Assembly: GCA_003971905.1 (NCBI GenBank)
Contig: RSEE01000008.1
Coordinates: 248,001-312,000 of the forward strand
Length of the DNA stretch: 64,000 nt
Source of the DNA: Moniliella sp. 'wahieum'
Taxonomy: Eukaryota
Reading direction: 5' to 3'
Part shown: piece by piece, positions 38,201 through 48,825 of the stretch
Layout of the letters: each line of letters begins with the position of its first letter
Numbering within the stretch: position 1 is the first letter of the stretch
Program-made: the position numbers and the translations under genes
Notes under the pieces: generated by a model
What the model was told of the DNA's origin: nothing
The model's input: the letters and a program-made list of their open reading frames with translations, nothing else
Database searches by the model: none

Positions 38201-39664
38201 TTTATCGATGGATGGTACCGATTGCATGATGGAGTTGTGAAGCATCATTTGGATGAGATGGTGGTGCCTGATGGCAAGTACAAACCAAAAGTCGGCAATC
38301 GCTAGTTAAAACCGAATCGTCCATACTAACACGGCCGCGATTTCGCCGTTCTAGTGTGCAAAACGTTGTCTTCTACCGTCTCCATAGCGGGGGAAGGCAC
38401 GTGAGGTCAGTCAAACACCCTTGTGTCTAACTTTACCGACACAGACTTCATCACTAGCAGCTACTATGTCGGGTGCACTGTGCAAATATTAGACCTATTT
38501 TGCAGTTGAAAAAGAAGGTCGATGTGACCCAATGAAAAACGGGGCCTTCGTTACATTGGTGGGTGTTGCTTTCCTTCTGAGCATCGACGATTATAGGTGT
38601 CCGCGTCAAAGGGGAGGTGCTCAGAACATGCAGACCACAGACCACAAGACAAAATAATACGGGAAGATCGAAGGTCCATCGCAGGTTGCTTGGCGACTAC
38701 GCTCACAGCGCTTATCTGATTGTTGGAGGGATCTGCCCAAAGCAACAGGAAAAGTTGTCCAGACACATGATTATGTGACCTCAACTTGTCGATCCTTGTG
38801 GCCTGTGCTCGTCGATCAGGCCCTCGCGCCTCTCTGTCATCTTCGCGTTCGCGCTGGCGGCCGGCTGACATACCATGATGCATCATACATCTTGCAACAT
38901 CAACATCATCGTGGCTAGTAATCACGCGCACTAGCCACTACTAGCTACTACGCATCGATCATCGACCATCTAGCGCTCCGCCCGATGTAGCACTCGAGTA
39001 CTTATTACTACTACGGCCACCCATGCGCTATATATACTAGCCGGGAGGCGGAGTGCACTACACAGGTGTGTTGCTGCGTGCCAATTGCGCTGTTTGGCGC
39101 CTGCAGCATGCGACCCAACACTGCCTCCATGCCTGTGGTCGCCTGTCTCCGGCGCATGTGCATGCTGCACATGATGCAATGCTGCTGCACGCGCTGCAGA
39201 GGACCAGGGGCGTTGGAGGACACCCTAACAGCTCTCTCACGCTCTTCAGCCAGCAGCCTTCAGATCTTCCGAGCTTCAGCTCGGCTTACACTTTGCCTGG
39301 TCTGCCTTGGAGCTTGGTTGGTCCACCTTGCACGACGTGCATGACGCAGGGTGCAGGATGCAGGCTGTCACATCTCACATCTCAGATCTCATGCATCATG
39401 CATCATGCATGACATGCACGCCCACCCGGAACGACCCCTGGGCCACCTGAGGCCTGGCAAGCGTGAAATCGCCGTGCAACACGCACCCGCTTGAGCTCAA
39501 GCACAGTGCGCCCGCGCCTGCTACCAAGCCAGGCGGGCGGCATGCCAGAGAAGTAGAGCGTCGTCGAGCCCGCCCGGCAGCTCGGCAGGTGCGAGCCCAG
39601 CGGCACTTCCCGCTCGTCAGCGGACCGTGGCCGCGCAGGACCAGTGTGGCTTCTGGTGCGAGGC

Positions 39665-39723
39665 GGCTGCGATCCGGCTGCGATCCGGCTGCGATCGGCA
39701 GCGGCAGGCGGCAGGCGGCAGGC
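39665..39723. repeat. Tandem repeats (GGCTGCGATCC)x3 and (GGCAGGC)x3 in chitin deacetylase upstream region
   Basis: Directly visible at 39665-39696 and 39703-39723. Confidence 0.8.
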
Positions 39724-40162
39724 CGCGTGTGTGCGCCGGCGCTGAGCGGCCGCGCGCACAGGGACAGTGTTACGGGGCTGCGACGTGCTCGCGGGCGGGT
39801 GCGTGGCCACACGCCACACTGCCGGGCTGCCGGCCGCGCTCTGTTGCAGCTCACCAAACCTGGCCAAGCCCAGCAGATCGAGGCAGCGGTGGTGGAGACG
39901 CGTCGTGTGTGACTGGGACGGGCGGCGCCTGCTGTCGTGTGCCGTGTGCCCACCCGGCCGCACCTGGCCAGCGGCCGCCTGAGGCCGCAGTGCCTGAGCT
40001 GAGGACGCAGGCCGGGCGGCAGAACCGGTGACCTCGCCTTCCCTGTTACGCCCCCTCCTGCCCACTTATAAGTCCGTCGGCACCGCCGCCGCCGCCCCTT
40101 TCTCCCTCCGCCCCCCCAGCCCCTTGTTCCCTCGGCTGCCTGTCCCTTCCCACGCCGTCCTC

Positions 40163-41677
40163 ATGCGCTCCATCTCTGCCGCCGCTGTCGCCGGCCTGCT
40201 CGCTGCCGCCGTCGCCCCCGAGCTCGTCTCGGCCCATGTTGGTGCCGGCTTCCCCGGCCGCATGCCCTCCGACATGAAGGCCCGCGCCGCCAAGCGCGGG
40301 CTCCAGCGCCGCCAGGTCTCGTACAACGACCAGACCTGGCAGTCCGTCACCGTGCCCAGCCAGGAGTGCACCGCCTACAACTACCCACCCGCCTCGTCCT
40401 GGACGCATGCCTTCCCCACGGCGTGGGAGATTGCCGACATTGTCCCGGGCGACCAGGAGGCCCAGGATCTTTACAACTCCATTTCGCCTGGCATCCCTAA
40501 AATTGCGCCCAAGGGCCAGCCCACCGGCTCGGAACAAGGCACCACCTACAACAACCAACAGGACCCCGACTGCTGGTGGACCGAGACCACTTGCACCCAC
40601 CCCAAGCTCCCTGGCCTCAAGCCCGACATCACCAACTGCCCCGAGGCTCGCACTTGGGGTCTGACCTTTGACGATGGGCCCAACTGCACCCACAATGCTT
40701 TCTACGACTTCCTCAAGAGCAACAAGCAGACGGCCACCATGTTCTACATTGGCTCCAACGTGCTCGACTGGCCGCTGCAAGCCCAGCGAGGTCTGACCGA
40801 TGGACACCAACTCGCCTGCCACACCTGGTCCCACCGGTACACCACGGCCCTGACCAACACCCAAGTCTTTGCTGAGTTTTACTACACTATCAAGGTGATC
40901 AAGTGGACCACGGGTGTGACCGTCACTTCCTGGCGCCCGCCCTACGGCGATGTGGATGACCGTGTACGCTACATTGCTTCTTCGCTTGGTCTTGAGACGG
41001 TCGTCTGGGCTGCCGACACCAATGACTGGTCCGTTCAACCGTATGTATATTGCTTGGCTTTGTTTCTGTTGCGTTGGTCGTTTTGAGTGCATGTGCTGAC
41101 CCGGCCCGTCCAAAGCGAGGGCACTGCTCCGTCGTCCGAGATTCTCAACAACTATGCCTCCATCATCTCGGCTGGCGCCAGCGCAACCAATGGCGTTATT
41201 GTCCTTACCCACGAAATTGATGCCTCGACGATGCACTTGATGATGGAGGAGTACGGCCACATCAAGCAAGAATTCGCCCACATTGTGCCCGTCCAAACCT
41301 GCCTCAACAACACCACCCCCTACAAGGAAGACATTGTCTACCCGAACTTTTCCGAGTACGTTGCCGGCACCATTTTGCCCTCGGCCATCCCCTCGGCACA
41401 AGACATTGTGGGGAGCTCGGTGGCCTCACTGGCTGTGGGCACGGCCAAGGCGAGCTACTCGGTCACCGACCTGAGCACCTCTGCCTCTTCGACTTCCACT
41501 CCCAGTGTGGCAGCCAGCAGCGCTGCTGCTAGCAATATGGCCTCGGCGGCCGCACATGCGACCACGAGCGCTGCGGCGGACGCTAAGAAGGGCGGTGCTG
41601 CTCAGGTTCACGCTGCAGCCGGTGTGGCCGGTGCCGCTCTGGCTGCCGTGGGGGGTGCGGCGGCGCTGTTCGTATAA
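40163..41677 (+). CDS. Chitin deacetylase (CE4/NodB), secreted, Ser/Ala-rich tail, probable GPI anchor
   Basis: Signal peptide MRSISAAAVAGLLAAAV. Motifs DCWWT, WGLTFDDGP, CHTWSH, WRPPYGDVDDRVR, DTNDW, IVLTHEI. Intron 41041-41115 (GTATGT..GCTGAC..AAG). Hydrophobic C-terminus GVAGAALAAVGGAAALFV*. TATA-like TTATAA at about 40066. Confidence 0.96.
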
Positions 41678-42329
41678 GTCGACCAGACGGCCGCCCAATA
41701 AGCCGAAAAAGTGTTTCCCTATCTCTCGCATGTGGGTGATCGATGATCCTGGTGATCCCCCGGTCCCCATTCATCGCTCCGTTTTCCCCCGCACCACCAG
41801 TCTCTTCCGTCGGGCCGTCCTCATGAGTCATGCTCTCATCGCCCATGCCGAGGGCACCGCATTTCGACAGTCGATTGTTGCAATGACTGGTTAATGATTT
41901 GACCCGTGTCGTTTGTGTCCTGCCTAGTATTCTCTCTCCCGACACCGCCCACTCTTTCCATTCCTTCTGGTTGGCCACCTCACTTTGGGGGGGCAATTTG
42001 TTCTAGCTATGCTTTTGCGACCTCTCATCATCCAATCTTTGTTCCTGTACCATCCGTGGGATGCACCCCCACACATCTAGTATCCCGCAATAAGATGGAT
42101 CTTTGTGTGTGCGGTTTGCGGTTTGCGGCTTGCAATATGCCTGCGTGCAAGTAGCCCCTACGACCACAACCGGAGAACAGAAGCTACAAAAGGATCCAAA
42201 GGGAATGCCTTGTATTGGTTGGCTTGTATAGGATCCATAGCCCAGTAGATAAAAAACGATCGAAACGAGGCACGCCAGCAGGTCACTGCATTCCGAAGCA
42301 GCCGGGGTCATGTATTATGCACATGCAAC

Positions 42330-44089
42330 TCATGCCCCGGAATGCGGAGCCGCACTGCCAGCCAACTGGCCAGGAACAATCAACTTGAGAACCTGTTCGA
42401 CCATCCGCGCGGCTTGTCTCCGACTAAGCGGCCCTTGGTCCAGCGCGTACCGTAGTCCTGCCAAGACGGCAGCACAGGCCGGACTGTAGCACGCGACATA
42501 GACCTCGTCCTGTTTGTCGTAGCCACGGCCGAGAAGCTGGTGATGAACGAGCTTGCGAACAATGTTCTTGTTCGTGGTGGCTAGCTCCGAGGAAGAGAAT
42601 GTGTGCGGTTCCGAGATCAATGCCTGGGACTCTTCCATGGTCGAGGCCGAGTCGGCAGCTGGGTCCGAGATGAGGCGCGAAGCCGGGCGGGCGAGCAGGC
42701 CCAGACTTCGAGGCGCCAAGGGCGACACTAACGTTTTGGTCAACACCCCATCCAAGTCATTCTCAAGTGGTGGTAAGTCTTCTCCCCCGCTCGGTCCCGC
42801 TCGACGAGGCAGACTCTCCTTCCCTCTTTCCCGCACTGGCATCTCAATCACATCGGCCCTCTTCTTGTCGACCCGCGCCCGCTTGGCGGAGCTAGGAGAA
42901 GTAGGCAGATCCAACCGCTGTGGTCGTTTTTCGCCGCGTCGACCGGGAGTGATGCCGCCTCGAAGGGACGGGTGTCGTACCGCACTGGCTTCTTTGTGTT
43001 CCAACAACGGAGCCGAGTGGGTCTTGGTTAACGACCGGGCAACGTCTCCCTTGCCCGGACCCATCTCCTTGGACGACCATGCGGACCGAGCTTGGAGTTG
43101 GGTGACGCTAGAGCGAGGTAAAGGGTCGTCGGGCCGGGGAGGAAAGCGCTCGAGACTCGCTTGGGTGGGAGGTGGCATGGTGGAGGTGGTGGGGAATTTA
43201 CGGGGTTTGGTCTTGGCAACCACTTTTCGCCCCAACACCATTTCCAGGCCTTTTGTCAGCGGCGCCTGTCCGCCCTGTTCCACCAGGCTCGCCAAGCTAG
43301 ACACTTGCGATGGGACAGCAAATATCGCCAGCTCTTGCGCCGAGGACGAAACTGAAGTAGTACTCGGTTGGGGAAAAGCTGGTGCTGGCTTGGAAGGCGT
43401 GGTCAAAGCTTGGGATGGTTCGAGAGAGATGAGGACAATGTTGGTGGCATGTTTTCCGCCCGGTGCTAACTGGCACAGGCGGTATCAGCAAGCAAGAACA
43501 GGAGCGTCCAAGCAGTAGAAAGACGTACCGACGCGTCAAGGCAGAACTTGCGCTGGAAAAAGTCAATGGTGCGGTGGGCAGTGGGATCGATGAACATGCG
43601 CATTGAGCGCGAATGTTGCCAGTGGACCGTGGCGCCTTGGACCTTCTTCGCTTCTGGACCTTGATCCTGCTCGACCGCAAGTACCCTCAGTGGTCGGTGG
43701 CGCACCATCTCCAATGCAAGGCAGAAATCGGCCTCGACAGAGGGATCCTGGATGATGTCCGACTCGAGTTCGTCGTCGTCATCGTCGCCGTACAGGGCCG
43801 GGGGCTCGTCGTCGAGCAGACGCGCCGAGGGGGGACGCGATCCACTTTTTCTTTGTTTGCTGGGTGTGCGTCCCGCAGCAAGGGGGGACGCAAGAGGCAT
43901 GCTGGTCGATACCAACGACACGCCTGGCAACTGCGAGCCATCCTGGAGGATGAGGTGGCCTCGCCACAGCAGGCGCGCTCGGGCGCGTGAGGCGGTCGAC
44001 AGAGCGCGCGACCCATTGGATGCCCGTGTCTCGCCCGTTCCCGCAGCCGCATCACGGAGCGGGGTGGCATGGGCTGTGACGTGGGCCAT
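42330..44089 (-). CDS. Sld7-like replication initiation factor (fungal Sld7 C-terminal domain)
   Basis: N-terminal RLLWRGHLIL. Intron 43470-43528 (GTACGT..GCTGAT..CAG) joins the two ORFs in frame. C-terminal NKNIVRKLVHHQLLGRGY...YVACY...LRYAL...RMVEQVLKLIV resembles the fungal Sld7_C helical domain (recognised by eye). Confidence 0.65.
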
Positions 44090-44420
44090 GGCTCACGGGG
44101 CGGAGGAGGGAAACAAGTCAGCGGTGGTGGTGGACGTCTCCCGCCCCACCTAGACCCAAATTGGATGGACTAACTGCTTTGCACGTTTCAATCATCAATC
44201 GTGACGCGTAAACGAACCAGCCCGACTCAGCTCGGTGGGACGTGCTACTTAGACGATGATGGCCGCCAGATTTGGCTGGGGCGCCTGGGCTAGCGCGGAT
44301 CAGGCTAAGACCAAGGCCCAAGGCCTAAAGCTATACAGGATTGTCCTATGATCTCCCAGCCGACAACGTATGATATGAGTACAATGTAGAGCAACGCAAA
44401 GGGCGCGATTAGGGACCACA

Positions 44421-47400
44421 TCAAGCGCGGCGCCCGTAGCCATTCGGCGTGCGGTTCTTTTTGGAGCTGGACGAGGTCTTCTTGCCCGCCTTCTGGTCCC
44501 GCCGCTTCTGGGCACGCAGCTCCTTCTTGCCGCGCGAGTCGACCATGCGATACCGGCCCTTGACTCCCTTGGGCCGCCCCTGCAGTCCGCGGTTGGATCC
44601 GCGAGCCACAATCGTCTTGATCTCACGGTCAGGCATCTTCTTGGACGCCTTGCCAAGAATCTTGGCGACCGAACCCGCCTTCTCACGCTCATTGAGTTCT
44701 CCATTGGCCGCAGAATCCTCCGCGACAACGCCTTCGGCGCGTTTCCGCGCCTTCTCCAGCCTCCGCACGGCGCGCATCTTTTTGCGAGCCTTAGCCTCCG
44801 CCACCTTTTTGATGGGGCGGGCATCGAGCGCGCGCTGCTTGGCACGGATTGCCTCAACGGCTTCCTTAGTGATAGGAATATTGGCCTTGTAATGCACTGC
44901 CTCGTCTTCCAGGAACCAAGAAGGGAGGCCATCCTTATCAGCAAACGCACGCTTGTTGAAGCCCTCGTCAACCAAGTCTGTCTTGGTCTTCTCCTTGTTG
45001 ACCAATTGTCGTGCCAATTGGACCGCCTCGGCAGTGGTAAGACCACGTTGTTGGATCAACCGTTGCTTTGCCTCATCCTCATCCGAGTCCTCGAATGCCC
45101 ACTCGCCTGCCGAGGGCTGGAAGTCGGGAGCACGAGGAACCACTTCAAAGTCATCTTCCTCCTCCTCCGAAGCAAGGGTAGAGCCATCCTCCTCCTCACC
45201 ATCCTCCTCTTCCTCCTCTTCGACGTCCGAGAGCTCCTCCTCCTCCTCCTCCTCCTCCTCGTCAGACTCTTCCGTGTCAGCCTCATCGTCATCCTGTGTG
45301 TCGAACTTGGCTAGATCCTTGAACAAGGGGTTGTCGAACCATAGGTTGGCTTCCCGCGACAAGTCGGCCTTTTTCTTCTTGTCGCCTTGCGGTCCGTGAC
45401 CAACGTAGCTGACGTGATCGCATCTTCCGCCTCGGCCTTGGAACGCTTGCGTTTCTCCTCGGCCTCAGCCTTAATCTGAGCCTGACGCATGGCCTCCACG
45501 CGCGCCGCCAGTTCGTCTTCCTCGTCCTCGGCATCGTCCGAATCGTACGTCTCCTCCAGTTCTTTGCGAGACATGTGTCCAGCGTAGCCACCTTCATCCT
45601 TCTCGTCGTCATTCTCCTCATCATCATCCTCGGCCCCAGACTCTTTGTCTGACCCCGACTTGATTCCGTACCATTCCTCATCCTCATTGGCACGGTTCTT
45701 GTCTTCTTGGCCTCAGCAGCACGGAACTTGGCATCCCGCTCCGCCCTGCGCTGCTTCCATGCCTCGAACCCACCATCGGCTTCATTCTCGAGACGAGCAA
45801 GTTTACGCTCCCGCTCTTCATCCGAGTCGAGGGCAACGTCCTCTTCTCAGATTCTGACTCTGACGACTCGGCTTCGGACGACAAGAGTGCATCCATGTCA
45901 GCCTCATCCACGCGTTTCTTCCCTTCTTTGGTGCGTTGAATGCGCTCCTCCTCATCCAGCTGGAGACATCGCCCGATCGGTCTTTGCCGGCCAGCGCCTC
46001 ATCGTTGATGTCATCGGCCAGATCCATCGGCGTGCCCATCTTGAGTTGCAAACGCAACGTTTCGCGGGCCTTGGTCTCATTCTTGTGCTTGCGAGCCCTG
46101 CGCAAGGCAACAAGGCGCTCCTCATGCAAACGCTTCATCTCCTCGTCAAGGACTTGGTCCTCGTTCATGTTGGCCAACCGAAGCTTCTCCGCCTCTTCTT
46201 CGGCACGGGCCTTGGCCTCGGTCATGGCAACCTTCTGCTCGGGGTCAATTCCAATCCAATTTCTTGACGCACAAGCGAACGCCACTTGAGCAGGCGTTTA
46301 AAGTCGCCCTTGCCCAGCACGCGTAGATCCTCCGCCATGCTGCGCACATCGCCCGTGGTGGCCTCACTGGCAGCAATGACCCCATCCAACGCACTGGTGT
46401 CAGAAAGGTCGAACTTGGCCTTGCCGGGGGGTAGGTCGGCCTTAGCAGCTAGATCCGGCGCAGCGGACGCTGCCGAGGCAGGGGGAGGGTGAGGGCGTTG
46501 TAGGTGCCCAGGATGCCGACGGGGTCAGAGAAATGATGAACTCGCGCGAAGAAACCGACTTGTGCAAGAGGATGGCACCATCTTCGTACCCTTCACGCTT
46601 GCGCTTGCGCGTTTCAGGGTCAAACACATTGGCATGTGCGTTGTGAGCGAGGCGGGCAGTGGATGCAAGGTCTTGGAAGTCGTCACAGCGGGCTCGTTGG
46701 AAATCTTGTCACCTGCGTGACTGACGACGGTCTTGTCATCCCCAGTAATAGAGGCGTTGACATCCAACTCCTTGAAGACGTACTTGGGGTTGAGGAACTT
46801 CGGGTCGATCCGGCGGGGCGCCTTGAAGCCACGGCAGACGACGAACGTCTCAGCGGATACGTTACGGGAAGAAGGGGGCTTGGTCACCTCAACCTTGTAA
46901 GAGTTGGCTGAAGACCCAGATCAAGGCATTGTAGTCACGCGAGCGGAAAACCTTGGTAACAAAAACACCATTCGGAACCAGAAACTCGACGGCAAGTTTG
47001 AGGGCTTGGAGGGTGAGTTCATTCTGCGTGTACGCGTCTTGAACCCAAGCAGCACCAACATTAGGAGCACCATCGTGAAGCACACTGTATATTGAATTTG
47101 GTCAGTGGTTAGGAAGGCATCAAATGGAGATTTTGGTTAACGCACCAGTCCGCTTTCCAGTCTTTGAGCTCGTTCTTGATCAGCTCGCGGCAGCGGTAGG
47201 AGTTGATGTCCTCGGCGAACGTAACGCAACGGGGAATAGGCTTAATGGGGACAAGATCAACGCCGACAATGAGGGATCCAGGCGGCATCTGACGGCTGGC
47301 AACCTGGAGCCAACCGCCGGGAGCAGCACAAAGATCGATAGTGCAGCGGGCCTTCTCGAGAAATGCAAAACGCTTGTTAAGATGAACCAGCTTGAAGGCA

Positions 47401-47487
47401 GCACGAGAGCGGTAACCTGCTCCTTGGCCATCCAGTAGAAGCGGTCCAAACGGCCCTTGGCCGACTTTTCTCAGCCTTGCGTGCCAT
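44421..47487 (-). CDS. SPB1: 27S pre-rRNA 2'-O-methyltransferase Spb1 (FtsJ family); frameshifted
   Basis: [74 protein letters not shown]-terminal LPSWFLEDE...[14 protein letters not shown]...[15 protein letters not shown]. Intron 47085-47145. Confidence 0.97.
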
Positions 47488-48188
47488 GGTGGGGGAAGTG
47501 GCGCCGACAAGGTGTTTGTTGGTGGGAGAAAGTGAGGGCTGCCCCAACCCACCCTCACAGAGCCACATCCGCGCTCCTTTTTCGGCCATGCAAAAAATTG
47601 GGGGCGGAACAGCTGAAGCGGAATTGGGCTCAGCACCGTCCGATCGTATGCACCGGTCTGGGGAGCCTTGTGACCAGTGACCGACAGCCGGTGACAACCC
47701 TAAGGTGAGGCGGCCCATGCACATATTCCCACACACCCGCCGCAAGCACTGGCCCACTTCGGCCTGCAGCGGACGGTGAGGAAAAGGCTCGAGCACACAA
47801 GGCCACAGCCAGTACTCAAGATAGAGTCGCCATCGTCGACTCCAGGTGTTGTATATACTTAACGAGGAAGTGCTATCGGATGACATTCTTAGTGCCTTCG
47901 CAGTCTTCGCTTGCTTCTGTTGGAGGGTAGTGCTGGGGTTCCCCTGCACGGCCCTCGGTGGATCGGCGACGCTCACTTAACCGGGCGGAAGAGTTCCGCT
48001 TGCAGGGCACGCGCGCCCTGCTCGCTTCATCTCCCTTCTCTCTCTCCTCTCCTTCCCTTCAATTCAGATGTTGCTTGAACTTTGCCTTCACGCCTTGTCT
48101 GAAGGCTGCATTGCAGCTGATCCATAGGATCGCGAGTGCTCCCAAGTCGCACTCTATAGCAGCTTCGTCTGCTTCGCTCTGTCAACAT

Positions 48189-48825
48189 CTATGCCAGTGC
48201 GATGGGGCTTAAACAGAAGGGGTTACCAAAAGGGGGCCAACCAATAGTCAGCATCCTTGATTGGTGGGGATCCTTTATCCCACCTTCCGTTCTCGTCCCT
48301 TCCCGATGCCTTTCCTGTCCAACTCCTGAACGTTTCCAGCCAATTGATTCAGTAATACAGGCAACCTCTCGTCTCCACTTAGCTGCATCATCTTCATCAT
48401 CCAAGCTCGTCCTCCAGCTTTCCATCTGCCCAGTCGCATGAGCCTTCCATGAGCCGCGTCGGTTCCCCGTACCACAGCACGTCGCGTGGGTTTTTTTCAC
48501 AGACACTGCCATGCGTCCGCTCCACTGCATCTACCCGACTCTCAGCCCCGGAGGCTTCAGACACGTTACTATCCTCCAGCCGGCGTATACGCAGCCTTGC
48601 CACGCGTGCAGCCGCCTCGGCTTCACGTTCCACCCCCCCACCTTATTTTTGTCGCACAGACTCCAATTGCTTTCCGCATCTCCTCCTTGCTCCACCGCTC
48701 CGCGGCAGCCTTGTGGCCAGGGCGTCGGCAGTGGCGGCACAACCGTCGATTGAGGGGCACCGTGAAGCAGTGTGGTCGTCGGTGCCGCAATGGGGGCACC
48801 GGCGGTGAGTACGGGTAGGGGGCAT
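48189..48825 (-). CDS. Small hypothetical protein starting with a CCHC zinc knuckle; frameshifted, 3' end uncertain
   Basis: AAAATG start, then MPPTRTHRR-CPHCGTDDHTASRC (C-X2-C-X4-H-X4-C). Downstream shifted frames give the charged helix EREAEAAARVARLRIRRLE and DDEDDAAKWRRE. Confidence 0.45.

Noticed and set aside
35300..39300. Transposon or hidden gene in the long carbonic anhydrase-chitin deacetylase intergenic region
   Set aside because: Only short ORFs; no transposase/RT motifs, terminal repeats or target-site duplications seen.
40046..41401. 451-aa antisense ORF (and similar long antisense ORFs over SPE3-LYS9, WD40, carbonic anhydrase, Sld7-like and Usa1-like genes)
   Set aside because: Shadow frames of GC-rich coding sequence with no domain features.
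44421..47487. SPB1 (and SPE3-LYS9, kinase) as pseudogenes or programmed-frameshift genes
   Set aside because: Motifs are fully conserved, the genes are normally essential or important, and indels fall in short homopolymers without consistent slippery heptamers; assembly error is more parsimonious.
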